A stretch of DNA of 63,856 nt, counting the filler, from Octopus bimaculoides (Eukaryota): the NCBI RefSeq assembly GCF_001194135.2. It is 7 parts of 7 records of this genome, joined end to end, with 100 filler letters (N's around TTAATTAATTAA, not from the genome) between each part and the next. Parts side by side here need not be neighbours in the genome. Positions count along the whole stretch, not along the records: positions 11,819 to 22,542 come from NC_068986.1; positions 22,643 to 29,721 come from NC_068998.1; 5 more parts are not named here. One strand, given 5' to 3'. Under the pieces are notes generated by a model. That model worked only from the letters and a program-made list of their open reading frames with translations, did not search any database and had not been told where the DNA came from. Below, one piece after another: positions 13,460 to 25,540 of the stretch. Numbering within the stretch: the stretch's first letter is position 1; each line of letters begins with the position of its first letter. The position numbers and the translations under genes were made by a program.

Positions 13460-13620
13460 CTCTCTCTCGATTTTTTCCTCTCACTTTCTGTCAAAGCGCG
13501 AATGCTCGAAACGTCAAATGCTTTTCTATTCTTCCCGAACGTCAAACTAATATACATGCTTGTTGTTCCCTTAGCTGTCTTTGTCGTTTTTCTGTACATC
13601 TGTTATCCTCATCGTAATTT
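13460..13620 (+). mobile_element. Penelope-LTR-like repeat with a degenerate hammerhead core
   Basis: CTGTCAAAGCGCGAATGCTCGAAACGTC (13488-13515) resembles the minimal PLE hammerhead CUGANGA-GAGC-loop-GCUC-GAAAC-GUH, but the first core half is mutated. Confidence 0.45.
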
Positions 13621-13631
13621 AATCCACTTAC

Positions 13632-13654
13632 ATCCATAATTAATTCCCTGTGTG
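13632..13654 (-). CDS. Candidate 23-nt micro-exon (phase 1 to 0) of the same gene
   Basis: cttgctttgtaatcattcctag|CACACAGGGAATTAATTATGGAT|gtaagt encodes (S)HRELIMD and supplies exactly the phase change needed to reach the long terminal exon. Confidence 0.4.
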
Positions 13655-13872
13655 CTAGGAATGATTACAAAGCAAGATCAATATATTTTCGTTCATAAAA
13701 TTAGAACACGCTACAAGAACGAACCTAAAAGCTGGTAGCATAAGTCACATTCTTCATTAACTATTTAAGTATTCACGCATAAGAACATAACCAATAGCTA
13801 ACTCGTCTGATATGAAAAATGTGAAGAAAGTATATATATATATATATATATTAATTACTGATTTTTACTTAC

Positions 13873-13998
13873 AGCTTCTCATCGTTTTCATGTCATCGTT
13901 GAGACATGATATTTCGTCACATGCGTCCATTGATTGTTGTACGCGCGTATGTTGCCCGCTACAAAAGCATTTTGCTTCATAGAAACAGTCGCTACAAT
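13873..13998 (-). CDS. Second coding exon, Cys-rich (SVWC/VWC-like N-terminal half)
   Basis: Minus strand: tatttcctttacag|AT TGT AGC...AGA AGC T|gtaagt. The 126 nt are phase 1-1 and in frame with 15028-15094: (D)CSDCFYEAKCFCSGQHTRVQQSMDACDEISCLNDDMKTMRS, 6 Cys, no stop. Confidence 0.75.
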
Positions 13999-14244
13999 CT
14001 GTAAAGGAAATACATTTATGAAGGCTAAAAAAAATAGGTTATTTTCCTTTTTGACGAGGTGGATTAGTGGTTTAGTTTATATGGTTTAGTATAGATTCTG
14101 CTTGAATTAAATTCCCCCAATTATGATATCTGAATGTTAGATCTTAGTAAATGTCGTCATCGTGTGCATGACGAAAGCGCTCATGAGCAGAGGCCAGCAG
14201 AGGCCAGCAGAGCAGCCAATATTGACGCCTTATCTTTATTATCA

Positions 14245-14630
14245 GTGGAGGCGCAATGGCCCAGTTGTTAGGGCAGCGGACTCGCGGTCATAGGATCGTG
14301 GTTTCGATTGCCATACCGGGCGTTGTGAATGTTTATTGAGCGAAAACACCTAAAGCTCCACAAGGCTCCGACAGGGGATGGTGGCGAACCCTGTTGTACT
14401 CTTTCACCACAACTTTCTCTCACTCTTACTTCCTGTTTCCGTTGTGCCTGTAATTCAAAGGGTCAGCCGTGTCACACTGTGTCACGCTGAATATCTCCGA
14501 GAACTACGTTAAGGGTACACGTGTCTGTGGAGTGCTCAGCCAGTTGCACGTTAATTTCACGAGCAGGCTGTTCCGTTGATCGAATCAACTGGAACCCTCG
14601 ACGTCGTAAGCGACGGAGTGCCAACAACAA
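14245..14630 (+). mobile_element. tRNA-derived SINE family C, full length
   Basis: A-box TGGCCCAGTTGTTAGG, B-box GGTTTCGATTGCC, (CAA)n tail. Lies antisense in the intron between exons 15028 and 13998. Confidence 0.85.
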
Positions 14631-15027
14631 TTCACTTTAAACATTTCGACTATATCAATGTCATGTAAGTAAATTTTTAATGTATTGTCCTTTTAAATTC
14701 GCTTAGTATTTTCATTCATTTTCTTTAAATATCTTTTATTATAACGTGGTAGTGAGACAAAAGAACAAAGAAATTGTTTCTTAATTTTATTTTAGAAATT
14801 TATGTGATGGGGATTGATAGGTTATCAACTATTCCTTGAAATGTTCAATTATATAAGAAGTTTACCGACCTGCAACTAAGAGGGATGAAAAATGTCATGG
14901 ATATGACAAAAACGTATTTTACATGTGGCATGAAAAGAAATAGAATTTTTAAGGAGGTTATATCAGGATCGTGTATATCCAGCGTGTTCGGCGCAATACA
15001 TGAAAACGTAAGAATATTGAAACTTAC

Positions 15028-15094
15028 CGAGTACAGTTTTCATAACGATTTTGGGAAGGACAAGGAGGAACAATGTTACCGCAAATGTATGCAT
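15028..15094 (-). CDS. First coding exon (signal peptide) of a small secreted Cys-rich protein
   Basis: Minus strand: ...ttctttactaacag|ATGCATACA...GTACTCG|gtaagt. The acceptor has a TACTAAC branch motif and the donor is a perfect GTAAGT. The 67 nt encode MHTFAVTLFLLVLPKIVMKTVL+G (hydrophobic core FAVTLFLLVL) and end in phase 1. Confidence 0.75.
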
Positions 15095-15389
15095 CTGTTA
15101 GTAAAGAACCACAAATAAAATCTCATTATATTCCGTATTTCCTTAATATTGTTGCAAAAGTAATTCCTACGAAAAGCCAATCATTTAAACAATATTAACA
15201 TTCAAATATGAGGCTGGTGATCACCCTCTGCATATACTTTGTCGCTCATACTTCAGTGGTCGACTCTATTATTACGTCACAGTGGCCTACTGGGGTATTG
15301 TGCTGATGGTTGATGTTGAGGGAAGTTATAATGCTTTGCATGATATATAGAAGCACGTATAATATTTTGTTTATAGCCGCGTGTTCCAG

Positions 15390-15490
15390 AATAAAGAACA
15401 GAAAATCTACCAAGGTACAACGCAGTGGAACTGAACCCGAAACCATGTGATTAAGAAGCAAGCTTCTTGCCACACAGCCAGGCCTGTCTC
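15390..15490 (-). mobile_element. SINE family A head fragment
   Basis: Reverse complement of GGCTGTGTGG.AAGAAGCTTGCTT...CACATGGTTTCGGGTTCAGTTCCACTGCGT. Confidence 0.7.
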
Positions 15491-17677
15491 TGTCTATTGT
15501 ATTTTTAATTTTATAACAATAACATCCGCGTAATCTATGTTTTAACTCTTACAACAAATCAAGCAAAGTAACTTCACAGTTATAATAACGGTTCTTTCCC
15601 TTGAAATGACGGACATTTTTGTTATTCACTTGCAAAGCGCATAGATGGCAGGATGGTTTAGAAGTTCGTTTTCCAACTGCATGGTTTTAGGACTGAACCC
15701 GAGACTACACAACTGTAAATCAAATTTCTTAACCACACAACCATCTCTGCGTCTCTCTGTTCATTTCCGTTTTAGAGCTATGGATACGCTGCACGTTGGT
15801 GTTTGTTCATATTCTCTTTTCTTATCCGTAGATGTAATAATAAAGGCCCTCGTATTTCCTGTCTTTGTCCCTTCTCAAAATTTCGCTTGTATCGTTTGTT
15901 CTCTCTTTCTTCAAGCGTTCCATTTGGATTTATAGTAACGGTTATACACAGGTAAAACGAGAATAAAATAGGTTGTGCAAAATAATAGTGCTGAATAATT
16001 ATTACAGATATTTGATGCATAGTTACTGAGGTTGTATTATCGTTGACTATTATTGGGCGCGTGGATAAGCAGTAGAATTTTAACGGAAATAGGAACTAAG
16101 GCCATCTTTCCCTCGTTTGTCACTCCCTTGGTTCAGCCGTAGTCGCTCCTCTTTTGCTTCTGCAGCAACGCACTTTCTCTTTATTCTCTTTTCTTCTTCA
16201 GGACGGAAGTCTGTTAAGTGGTTTGTCTACAACACAAGTATTAATTGAGATTTCCAGCCTGCGTAACCAGTCTGATTTACTTCCTTTCCGCTCTCACAAC
16301 GAGGTATACATCCGAGATAATCGTGCAGTCTATTCTGAGTGGCTTATCACACCCTGGAGATCCATGTAGATTTCCACCAGACCACATGTTGTTAAAGGTC
16401 ACTTCTGAGCCCAGAACAAGCACACGCTCTCCACACAACAGATAAGCATGAAGTAAGGTTCATTATTTTCAGCGAGTTTTTCAGATCGTAACTTCGTATT
16501 TCCTTTAACCATGCATATGGACACCATCTTGTGCGTAGACCTGTATCTCACGAGCTCAGTTTGCCTTAACGCACCATGAACTGATCTGCGAAAGTCAACA
16601 TTCTTTAATCATATACTCCTATTTAAAAAAAATGTACAGCAAATTGGATTATGTGTTCTTCGATAAATTATGTCTGAAATAGAAATCAGATCATCACAGA
16701 CAGGACGATCTTGATTATAAGTCTCTGGTATAAGGTTTTACCTGAATCATTATATTGGATTGCCAGATAAATTCTTTTGTATTTTTCCAACGTCATTTGT
16801 CTGAAAAGAGGTAAAATTCACTTAAATTGATTGAAATTTCAAAACCAGTAAACGAAAGTTACGTGTAAATTTAATTAACATTGGAAACGAACGAATTTAT
16901 CTGACAGTCCAATACTTTACAGAAACAACAAACTGCATACCACCCGTTTCCTTAAAACTGTTTGCCGATATGTTCAATTCATTTCTTTGAAAATTGTTCA
17001 CCGTTAGATCCGTGTTCGAAAGTGTATCGGTGGTTTCTTTGATTCCTAACTCGAAAGACATCGACATTACTCAGGAAAAAAAAATGATTGACGTAATGTA
17101 TAATTTCGTGCATAAACAAATTACGGAGAGCACTGGCGAACGTAGTCGGCTCTACGCATGATAACGCCTGTGACAACTAACCTGGAATGACCCCAGCCCC
17201 ATCAAGCAAGATCATGAAGCAATCAAGAAGCAAGCATAAACAATTTATAGAATTTGGATTGCTTAATTTCCATGTTACAATAGAGTGAGTTACACCAGTT
17301 CTATCAAATTGCAACTACGGGTATTTCAGCTTCAGCAGTTATTACAGGTAACATATTCTTCGACTGACTGCATAAACAGCTACAAAGTTGGTCGTAATTT
17401 CAAAGATTAAACATTCACGTTAAATCATGTTGAGGCCATCAGGGTAATAAAATCACATCAGTTGATCCCACTAAATTGCATTAATGTTGGGATCTGCAAA
17501 ATCCCGTTTGTGATATAATGAATTCCGTCGAAATTCTTTCAAACCGTGTCATGAAATTGCTTAAATCCTATCAGTGTTCTCGGATTTTGTAATGAAAATG
17601 TGATCCAACATGTAGTGTTGAAATTGAAGCAATTATATTAATTCTCCTTAAAATTATCTCATGTGTCATAGTTTCCT

Positions 17678-17895
17678 TACTTCTTTATTGCCCACAAGGG
17701 TCTAAACAGAGACGGGACAAACAAGGACACACAAAGAGATTAAGTCGATTACACCGACTCCACTTAATTTATCGACCCCGAAAGGATGAAAGGCAAAGTC
17801 GACCTCGGCAGAATTTGAACTCAGAACATAAAGACAGACAAAATACCGCTAAGCATTTCGCCCGGCGTGCTAAAGTTTCTGCCAGTTCGCCGCCT
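17678..17895 (-). mobile_element. SINE family B, full length
   Basis: Reverse complement runs AAGGCGGCGAACTGGCAG...GAGGTCGACTTTGCCTTTCATCCTTTCGGGGTCGATAAATTAAG...GTGGGCAATAAAGAAGTA. Confidence 0.9.
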
Positions 17896-19619
17896 TGTGT
17901 AATAGTTTCCATCGTACAAAGGTGACCTGGTCACAGATACACTTTCATTGCAAATATTTGAAAGTTTGTAAATAGTTTATTAATATAGTTCCTGGGTCTT
18001 TCCTTTTATTTTTTATTTTTCTTTTCCGTTTTTCTGTTTTGCTTTCGGTTTGTGTTCAGACGCCCAGATAGTTTGCTTCATTTCTGCTGGTTGACTTTGA
18101 TTTTCCAAGATTGACTTTCAGAGATTGTCATCGGTCGGCTAACATTAAACACCTTCAATTTCCTTTCTCCTTTTTTGCATTGCTGGATTACAACATTTTT
18201 ATATATCGATATTACCAGATGATAAGACGAGCTGGACAAAATGCTTAGCTGCATTCTTTACTAACTGAGTTCCAAGACCAAAAATTGAAAGCGATATTTT
18301 AATGTAACACTTTTTACATTTTTTTCGTTCATTTATATTGTTTTTTCTTCCTGCTTCTGTTGGCTATCATTAAAACATGATATATTAGACAATATTTCTG
18401 TTGTTGTTGCACAGATGAACTACGCTACAGAGATTTTAGATATATTCTGAAAGCGTTGTTACAAAAGCAGACAAAAGTGGAGCAGGGACAAACGTCAATC
18501 TGAACATCACATGAATAACCGTATAAACAGCCATGAACACAACGTTACAATCGCGATTACACATTGGAATATATTCATACACATATGTAGTCATGTATAC
18601 AGATAGATACATTCATAGTTATATGAATATACGCTCATATACCCATGTATACATACATAAAAATATATTCATATGGAAAGTATAATATACGTAGAAAAGT
18701 AATCTATGTGCCAGTAACTAGGTCGTTGTTGCGCGACAAAAATCCTGAAACTTCGTCAAATAAACTGAATTTGGTTTTAACAGCTCTTTTGCGCTTGTAA
18801 TTAGGTGCAAGACTTCGAAAATGCCAATTATAATGTATAACAACAAAATATAATGGCGAAAACGTGATTCGAACCAGAATCAACTTGATAGAGCATTACC
18901 GGTCACACAGCATTTGACAAATTGCATGCGAGCTCTTCTGCTTCATGCAGTAGTTTTGTATCTCCACCAGTTCCATTTCAGTACCACTAAGTAAATAAAT
19001 AAACAAATAAATGAAAAAAAAAACGCGAATCCCTGGTTCAATCTCTGGCGGGAAAAGTTATAAAAGAAATGCATGAGTTGCGCACAATTCTAACAAAAAA
19101 TCAATTTTCAAAGAAATGAATTTTTGGTACAACTGCAACTACGAAACATTACGATAGCAATCAGGAAGAAGAACACAAAGATCACATAGCATGCTAAGTA
19201 GGGAGACTACACGTTTTACTGGACCTGCTAGAAATATCAACCAAATCTTCCTAATATCGTATGTTATTTCATAAATCATTAGATAAGAAGGAAAGATTAT
19301 GCCTGAAAAAAATAGTAGATGTAACGGCCACGAATAGATTATATTCTGATCACGGTTGTTTTTTTAATCACTGATGTAACTTAAATTATAATAATAAATA
19401 TATGGACAATTATTTGAATTATTTGAAAGTCGTATTCCTCCTATGAGATAAAGTGTAATTTTATGCAAAATATATTTGATATTCTCGATGTGATGAAAGT
19501 GTAGAATAATTACAAGGGAAATATATTCCGAAAGACATTATAACAGTTCTTTATGTCACATTTAAGAAAAATATTTAAAAAAGTTCAATTCTAAATTTGC
19601 TTCTACACATGTAACTTAC

Positions 19620-19648
19620 CTTGAAATCCTGAATGTGAGCTGAAATAC
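19620..19648 (-). other. Candidate non-coding 5'UTR exon of the Cys-rich protein gene
   Basis: GTATTTCAGCTCACATTCAGGATTTCAAG|gtaagt, perfect donor at 19619-19614. Splicing to 15094 gives TTCAAG|ATG (A at -3). The 5' boundary is uncertain. Confidence 0.4.
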
Positions 19649-19733
19649 CTTTTTTTAAAAAAAAAAAAAAAGGAGAAAATAATTAGTGTTGTAAAATCTT
19701 TCAAAGTTTTCGTTTCGCAGCTGCCGTATATTG

Positions 19734-19739
19734 TTTATA
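19734..19739 (-). promoter_or_regulatory. Possible TATA box for the minus-strand gene
   Basis: TATAAA on the minus strand ~115 nt upstream of the 19619 donor, near the edge of a CpG-rich zone. The motif is common in AT-rich DNA. Confidence 0.2.
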
Positions 19740-20413
19740 CAAATCGTAAGCATACATTCTCAACATGAATTTCTGATTTATAGCTGTGATATATATATAT
19801 TTTAAGTTTACAATGACACGTTTATTGTTAGTTTTATATTAGCGTTTAACACTAATTTATGAGTCACATGACATGACTTGTAAGTGTATCTTACTGAACT
19901 TAAATGAATAGGATGTTTTGAAATTTTTAATATTTTTTAATAGTTTTCAAACCTTTTAAAATGTTATTTGATGCCTGTCCCTAAAGGATTTATGTTAATC
20001 CATTGTTGTAGTAGTATTATTATTGTTATTTTATGGATGACTTAAATAAATCTAATCCTTGTTCAATTATTATTTTGTACTTAGCCCATGTTAGTTAACA
20101 CAAGTTCCTGATAATTTGAGATAGTGTGATATAATTAAATTAGTACATAATTATCATGTTCTCTATTAGTAGTTTAGTTCACCATTATATTCTTTGTTAA
20201 TTCCAATCATTCATTTTATCAGTTTCTTAAACCTTGATGGGTCCATCAAAATAGTTTTATCATGAAAAACAATTAAATTGTGCAAAAATGAAATGAAATG
20301 TTTTTTTTAAGTATTTCCATAGTTTTCAAAGGGACATTTCTCTGTGTCTCTGTCTCTCTCTTTTGCTCATGTGAGATCTTGGTAGCCGGTAGCAGGTAGT
20401 AGTCCTATTATTA

Positions 20414-20465
<52 letters not shown>

Positions 20466-20660
20466 TTACTACTACTACTACTACTACCAATTTAATTGTT
20501 TTTCATGCTTTAGTCTAAGTTGAAAAAGTCGCAAAGACTGAAACCGGTACTAAAATGTTCTTCATGATAAAATTATTTTAGCATTATCTACCTTGTCTTA
20601 TTTTGCTTATACATGTGTTCCTCTTCAACCTTCTATATATGTGTGTGTGTGTGTGTATAC

Positions 20661-20716
<56 letters not shown>

Positions 20717-20808
20717 ACATACACACACATATATATGTAATACATGCATACTTATATATATAGGAGATAAGGAAGTGTATATATATAAATATGTATATAT
20801 ATATATAG

Positions 20809-20875
<67 letters not shown>

Positions 20876-21269
20876 NNNNNNNNNNNNNNNNNNNNNNNNN
20901 NNNNNNNNNNNNNNNNNNNNNNNNNNNNNNNNNNNNNNNNNNNNNNNNNNNNNNNNNNNNNNNNNNNNNNNNNNNNNNNNNNNNNNNNNNNNNNNNNNNN
21001 NNNNNNNNNNNNNNNNNNNNNNNNNNNNNNNNNNNNNNNNNNNNNNNNNNNNNNNNNNNNNNNNNNNNNNNNNNNNNNNNNNNNNNNNNNNNNNNNNNNN
21101 NNNNNNNNNNNNNNNNNNGTATACTCAAATACCCAAAATTTCAAGGAGTTCCTGCCTTAAAAACAGGAACTACACCATAGTTATTTTGTGTTCTTTGCTA
21201 CATTGGTTTCTATCAACCCATTTATTCTATCCGAAGAATTTTTATTCATTAAGATAGAAGAAATACATA

Positions 21270-21307
<38 letters not shown>

Positions 21308-22259
21308 AGCATACCACCATCATTACCATCACTATTATTATAATGACTAGTAGAGAACCACTCGGAGAGTACAATTTATTTCCCATAACCCTTGGAACCA
21401 CTGCTGAGATGTGAAATAATCTTGCAGGATTTACTGCTGACAAGTGACATATTGAAATCATGAAAACACCTGTTTATCTGTGTTTTATGAAGTATTGATA
21501 ACCTAAATCAATATTATTGCTATATGTATCACTTTAAATTTGACACATAACATCTTGTTAATTGGGTAATTATTTGGTTTTAAAAATGTAATGCTAAACA
21601 ATTTAAAAGAGAAAATATCTATCAATTAATCGTTATAGGCAGCCGTTCTTGTCTCCCGTTGCTATGAACGGGATTGATCTTCCAGAAAGCTACACTATCC
21701 GAATGTCCGACTTCTGGGTTTGACTTCGATCACGGATCATTCTTCGAAACAGATGTATCGCTTCTCTGTTGAGATTCCTGTTAGTCATATGTCTTTATTC
21801 TAATAGTTCATTATATAACAATTGTTTTTTTTTCCGGTGTCATCCCTTTGTTTCTATGAACGCCACACATGGATTTCCAAGTAAGTTGTATCTTAATAAT
21901 TCCAATGCGCACTCTACAACCAAACTCTACTCTCCCTGTATTCCGCTATCATTATTCTTTCTTTCTGTTATTATTCTATTATTATTCTTTCTCCTCCCCA
22001 TTCAACGTTCTCTTTCTCTCCATCTCTCTCCCTCACTCTTCTTTCTTGACTCTCTTGTTGCTCACACGTGACCAGCGGCTATCATTCTTTCTTCCTTTTG
22101 CTTTACAAAAGATTAGACCTACATTTGCCTGTCTCCTGTCTTAGCTCCTTTCTCAAGCGTTCATCAATTCACCTCGTTATGGCTTAACAGTGATCACCGT
22201 TTGTTTTTACTGTTTTGTTCTTACTGTCTTGTTTTTGTTACCACTTTAACCCTCCGTAA

Positions 22260-22542
22260 AATCCCGAATTTTATTTAATTTGCTTTGCGGGAAGGACTGT
22301 TTTATCGAAGACGCGTCTTGTTCCAACCTTCGAAACGCGGAGTAGATAAAACAAGGGACAACTGATGAAGGGATTGTTCTTTACGTTGCCTGTCTCGTTT
22401 CTCTATTTAGTTCCTTCTTTGTTCGAAAAAAATTTCGTTTTCCATGTTTTTGTTTTTTATGTTTTCGTCTGTCATTTTGTTCACGTTCTTTTTACTCCTG
22501 TACGCATATATGCATGTATATATACATATATATGTAGGTATG
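22260..22542 (+). mobile_element. Penelope-LTR-like repeat carrying hammerhead half-motifs
   Basis: CGAAAC at 22331-22336 and CTGATGA at 22362-22368, upstream GAAGG...CCTTC stem, T-rich downstream. A full canonical fold is not evident. Confidence 0.4.
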
Positions 22543-22642
22543 NNNNNNNNNNNNNNNNNNNNNNNNNNNNNNNNNNNNNNNNNNNNTTAATTAATTAANN
22601 NNNNNNNNNNNNNNNNNNNNNNNNNNNNNNNNNNNNNNNNNN
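22543..22642. other. Artificial assembly join
   Basis: TTAATTAATTAA at 22587-22598, 44 N each side. Confidence 0.95.
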
Positions 22643-22699
22643 TATATACTCACACACACACACATACACATATCCTATACACTCACACACCCAAATATT

Positions 22700-22748
<49 letters not shown>

Positions 22749-22963
22749 AATGAACAAGCTATCATAGTTTATAGCTGAGTCACTGAGTCACATTAAGCTT
22801 AGAGCTAGCAGGACTCAGAGAACCAAATCAATTTGGATAACAAAGATACACAAACCCAATGACTCATCAAACTGTCAGAAAATTTAGAGACAAAAAGGAA
22901 GAGGAGTTATAACTCTCTACTGAGAACTACTGACCAAATCAGATGAGACAGATGGAAGACAGA

Positions 22964-23120
22964 GCTATGAAAGCAAAATGACAGGCCTGGAAGCATTGGA
23001 AGAATGGGAGTAGCAGAGTAACATAGCAGATTGCTAGAAGAGAAGGCAAGTAAATGGTTTACATAGTAAAGGGAGAGATAGAAAAAGATTTGCCAGTGTT
23101 CTATAGCATAAGGATCAGTG
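22964..23120 (+). mobile_element. RTE-clade LINE fragment (linker between endonuclease and RT)
   Basis: AMKAK*QAWKHWKNGSSRVT*QIARREGK*MVYIVKGE resembles RTE AIxEKRxAWKxWKxGGSRExYxxARRxAxxxVxxAxGE. Confidence 0.55.
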
Positions 23121-24039
23121 GTGTAAATCTGAATAGAATACCTCTGGCCTTTTGCAATGAAATCTCTTCTTGAACTCCATCAGATCATCCACAAACTACT
23201 CTTTCTTGACTATCAATCCAGAAGGAGCTCAATGGATGGAGATGATGCCTTTGCTGTTAAAGTGGTATGTAGCTCTACAACTCATCTAGCAAAGTAAAAA
23301 TGACCCAACCAGTTCTAGTATGGAAATTCTTGAAAATATTATGATAATGCTGCTACTGCTGCCAATATATATAAATATAGATATTAAAATAGACAAGCCA
23401 ACAGACAAATACATAGCTATATATGCAGTGATATGCAAGCCTATATCATGTATATATTCATAGATGCTTATAAGCACAAATATATATAGAATATACAAAT
23501 ATATACAGAAAACTTTATGAATAATAACTTCATACACATATGAGCGGCACACACATAAATGTATGCACATGTATGTACATATATTCATACATGTGTGTTT
23601 GTTAATGCATAAATATGAAAGAAGATACATTATTTGAAATTTTTTGGTGTTTTGCTGCCACAAAAGAGTTAATCTGGAAAATGCCAATGATACCTAGCTC
23701 TAAAATATTCCAGTCTATCTCTAATAACTTCCTTATTATTTTTTTAAAGAAAAGTATGGCATAAAAGTATAAAAGGTAAGAAAAATACATCTAGTAACCT
23801 TTCAAGAAAGTACTGAAAATTGTTGATAAGTAAATGATACATATAGTTACATTCAAAGGAAATCCATATGATCATACATACAAATGCAAATTGCTTCACA
23901 CAAATGCTTACACATGATAAAGCTTACATATAGTTTATATGTGCATTTATACATGCACATATGCTTATATGCATGAATCCACCCATCAATATGTAGCTAC
24001 ATACGTAGATAGACATATTTGTGGTCCAGTTAGGTCTAC

Positions 24040-24093
24040 CTTTTCTTCTGGTATCCTGAATAACCATTTTACTGCTTGCAATTCAATATTCAC
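24040..24093 (-). CDS. Candidate orphan exon in the CpG-depleted contig
   Basis: ctcttttttatttttatctag|GTGAAT...GAAAAG|gtagac; 54 nt, open only in frame 0: VNIELQAVKWLFRIPEEK. Confidence 0.3.
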
Positions 24094-25490
24094 CTAGATA
24101 AAAATAAAAAAGAGGCTTACTGGATAAAACTTCTGTGATCACAGGATAATTATCATGTTACATCACTACTGACTGAGTGATTAAATTATTGGATCAGTGA
24201 ATTAGTTTGGGCCACATATCTGGTAATAATATCTATGAATTTCCTTGTCAACTTTTCAGTAATTGTTCTAAAACATTATTAGTAAAAAAAAAAAACATTA
24301 TGCTTGTTCCTGTAATACTCTACTGCTGATTTATAACTGATACCTTGAGAGAGAACCTCTGTAAGGTCACTTGACCTGCTTATGTTAATCAAAATTTGAT
24401 CATATTACAGGCTATAATTCTGAAAACAAGAGGACACATTAAATGATATAATTATTGATATACAGTACCAGAGAAAAGCAGTATTGTCTTGGCCAAAATT
24501 GTAAACCAAGGCAAACCTGCAGCTAAACAAAAAAAAAAATAACAGTTTTTAAAACTTTTATTCATTCATTTATTTATTGAACAATCTACTTCACTGAATT
24601 CTGATACTTACCTATTTATCTATCTGTTTGTATCTGTAATTCTGTCATATGCAGCCAACAAAAGGTTAAATACTTCAGCTATTGTTTATTAATAAATATT
24701 CAATTCTAAGCTGTTGTCTATTAATATTACTACTTTTTTTCTGCACTTGCATCACTGTTTATTTATTCATTCAAGAAGAGTTAATTAACCTTTTTTAATG
24801 ATGATCATTTCAATGATGAAAGCATAAGGATTCAGTAATTTTTTTGCAGGACTTATATGACTTGTTGACAAAAAAGGGAGGGACAATCTGTGGCTCATGT
24901 GTTGCTGCAGTAATAAGTAATATATCAAGATAGTATGTTATCCTAAAGTCAGAGACCTAGTTTGAATGTTTGCAACAGAGTGGATTTCAATTAAAAGTAA
25001 CTAATGTATAGGTGATGGTGTTAAACTGAATGATGGGTTAAATCAATTACTCAAGGACTAAATGTTTTTACAGAAGATCATTCCACAAGGTAAAGAAAGG
25101 CTATGAGGAAGATCAAGTTGAGCAGGTATAGAGGTAATTATGTGGATAAATAAATTAGATACATCAAATATATCAGATATATTAAATCTGTGTAAGCTGG
25201 ACCTATTAATGCAAATATCTATATATTTATACTTAAAAATTCATCATCGGAAGGTCTCCATCTTTTGCTTTCTTTCGTTTTGCATGTATACACATATTCA
25301 TATTTTGTTTTTCAAACTAATATATTTAATACATTTGATGTATCTAATTTGTTTATTAGCATAATTCTGTCTGTCTGTCTGTCTGTCTGTCTCTGTCTCT
25401 CTCTNNNNNNNNNNNNNNNNNNNNNNNNNNNNNNNNNNNNNNNNNNNNNNNNNNNNNNNNNNNNNNNNNNNNNNNNNNNNNNNNNNNNAT

Positions 25491-25522
<32 letters not shown>

Positions 25523-25540
25523 ATATATATATATATATAA

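Noticed and set aside
16202-16306. Strong plus-strand acceptor with an open frame (DGSLLSGL...)
   Set aside because: Weak donor, no partner exon, no motif, and it lies antisense in the putative first intron of the minus-strand gene.
18855-18935. GGTTCGAATC (minus) as a tRNA T-loop
   Set aside because: The T-stem does not pair beyond the first base pair; no acceptor stem or A-box.
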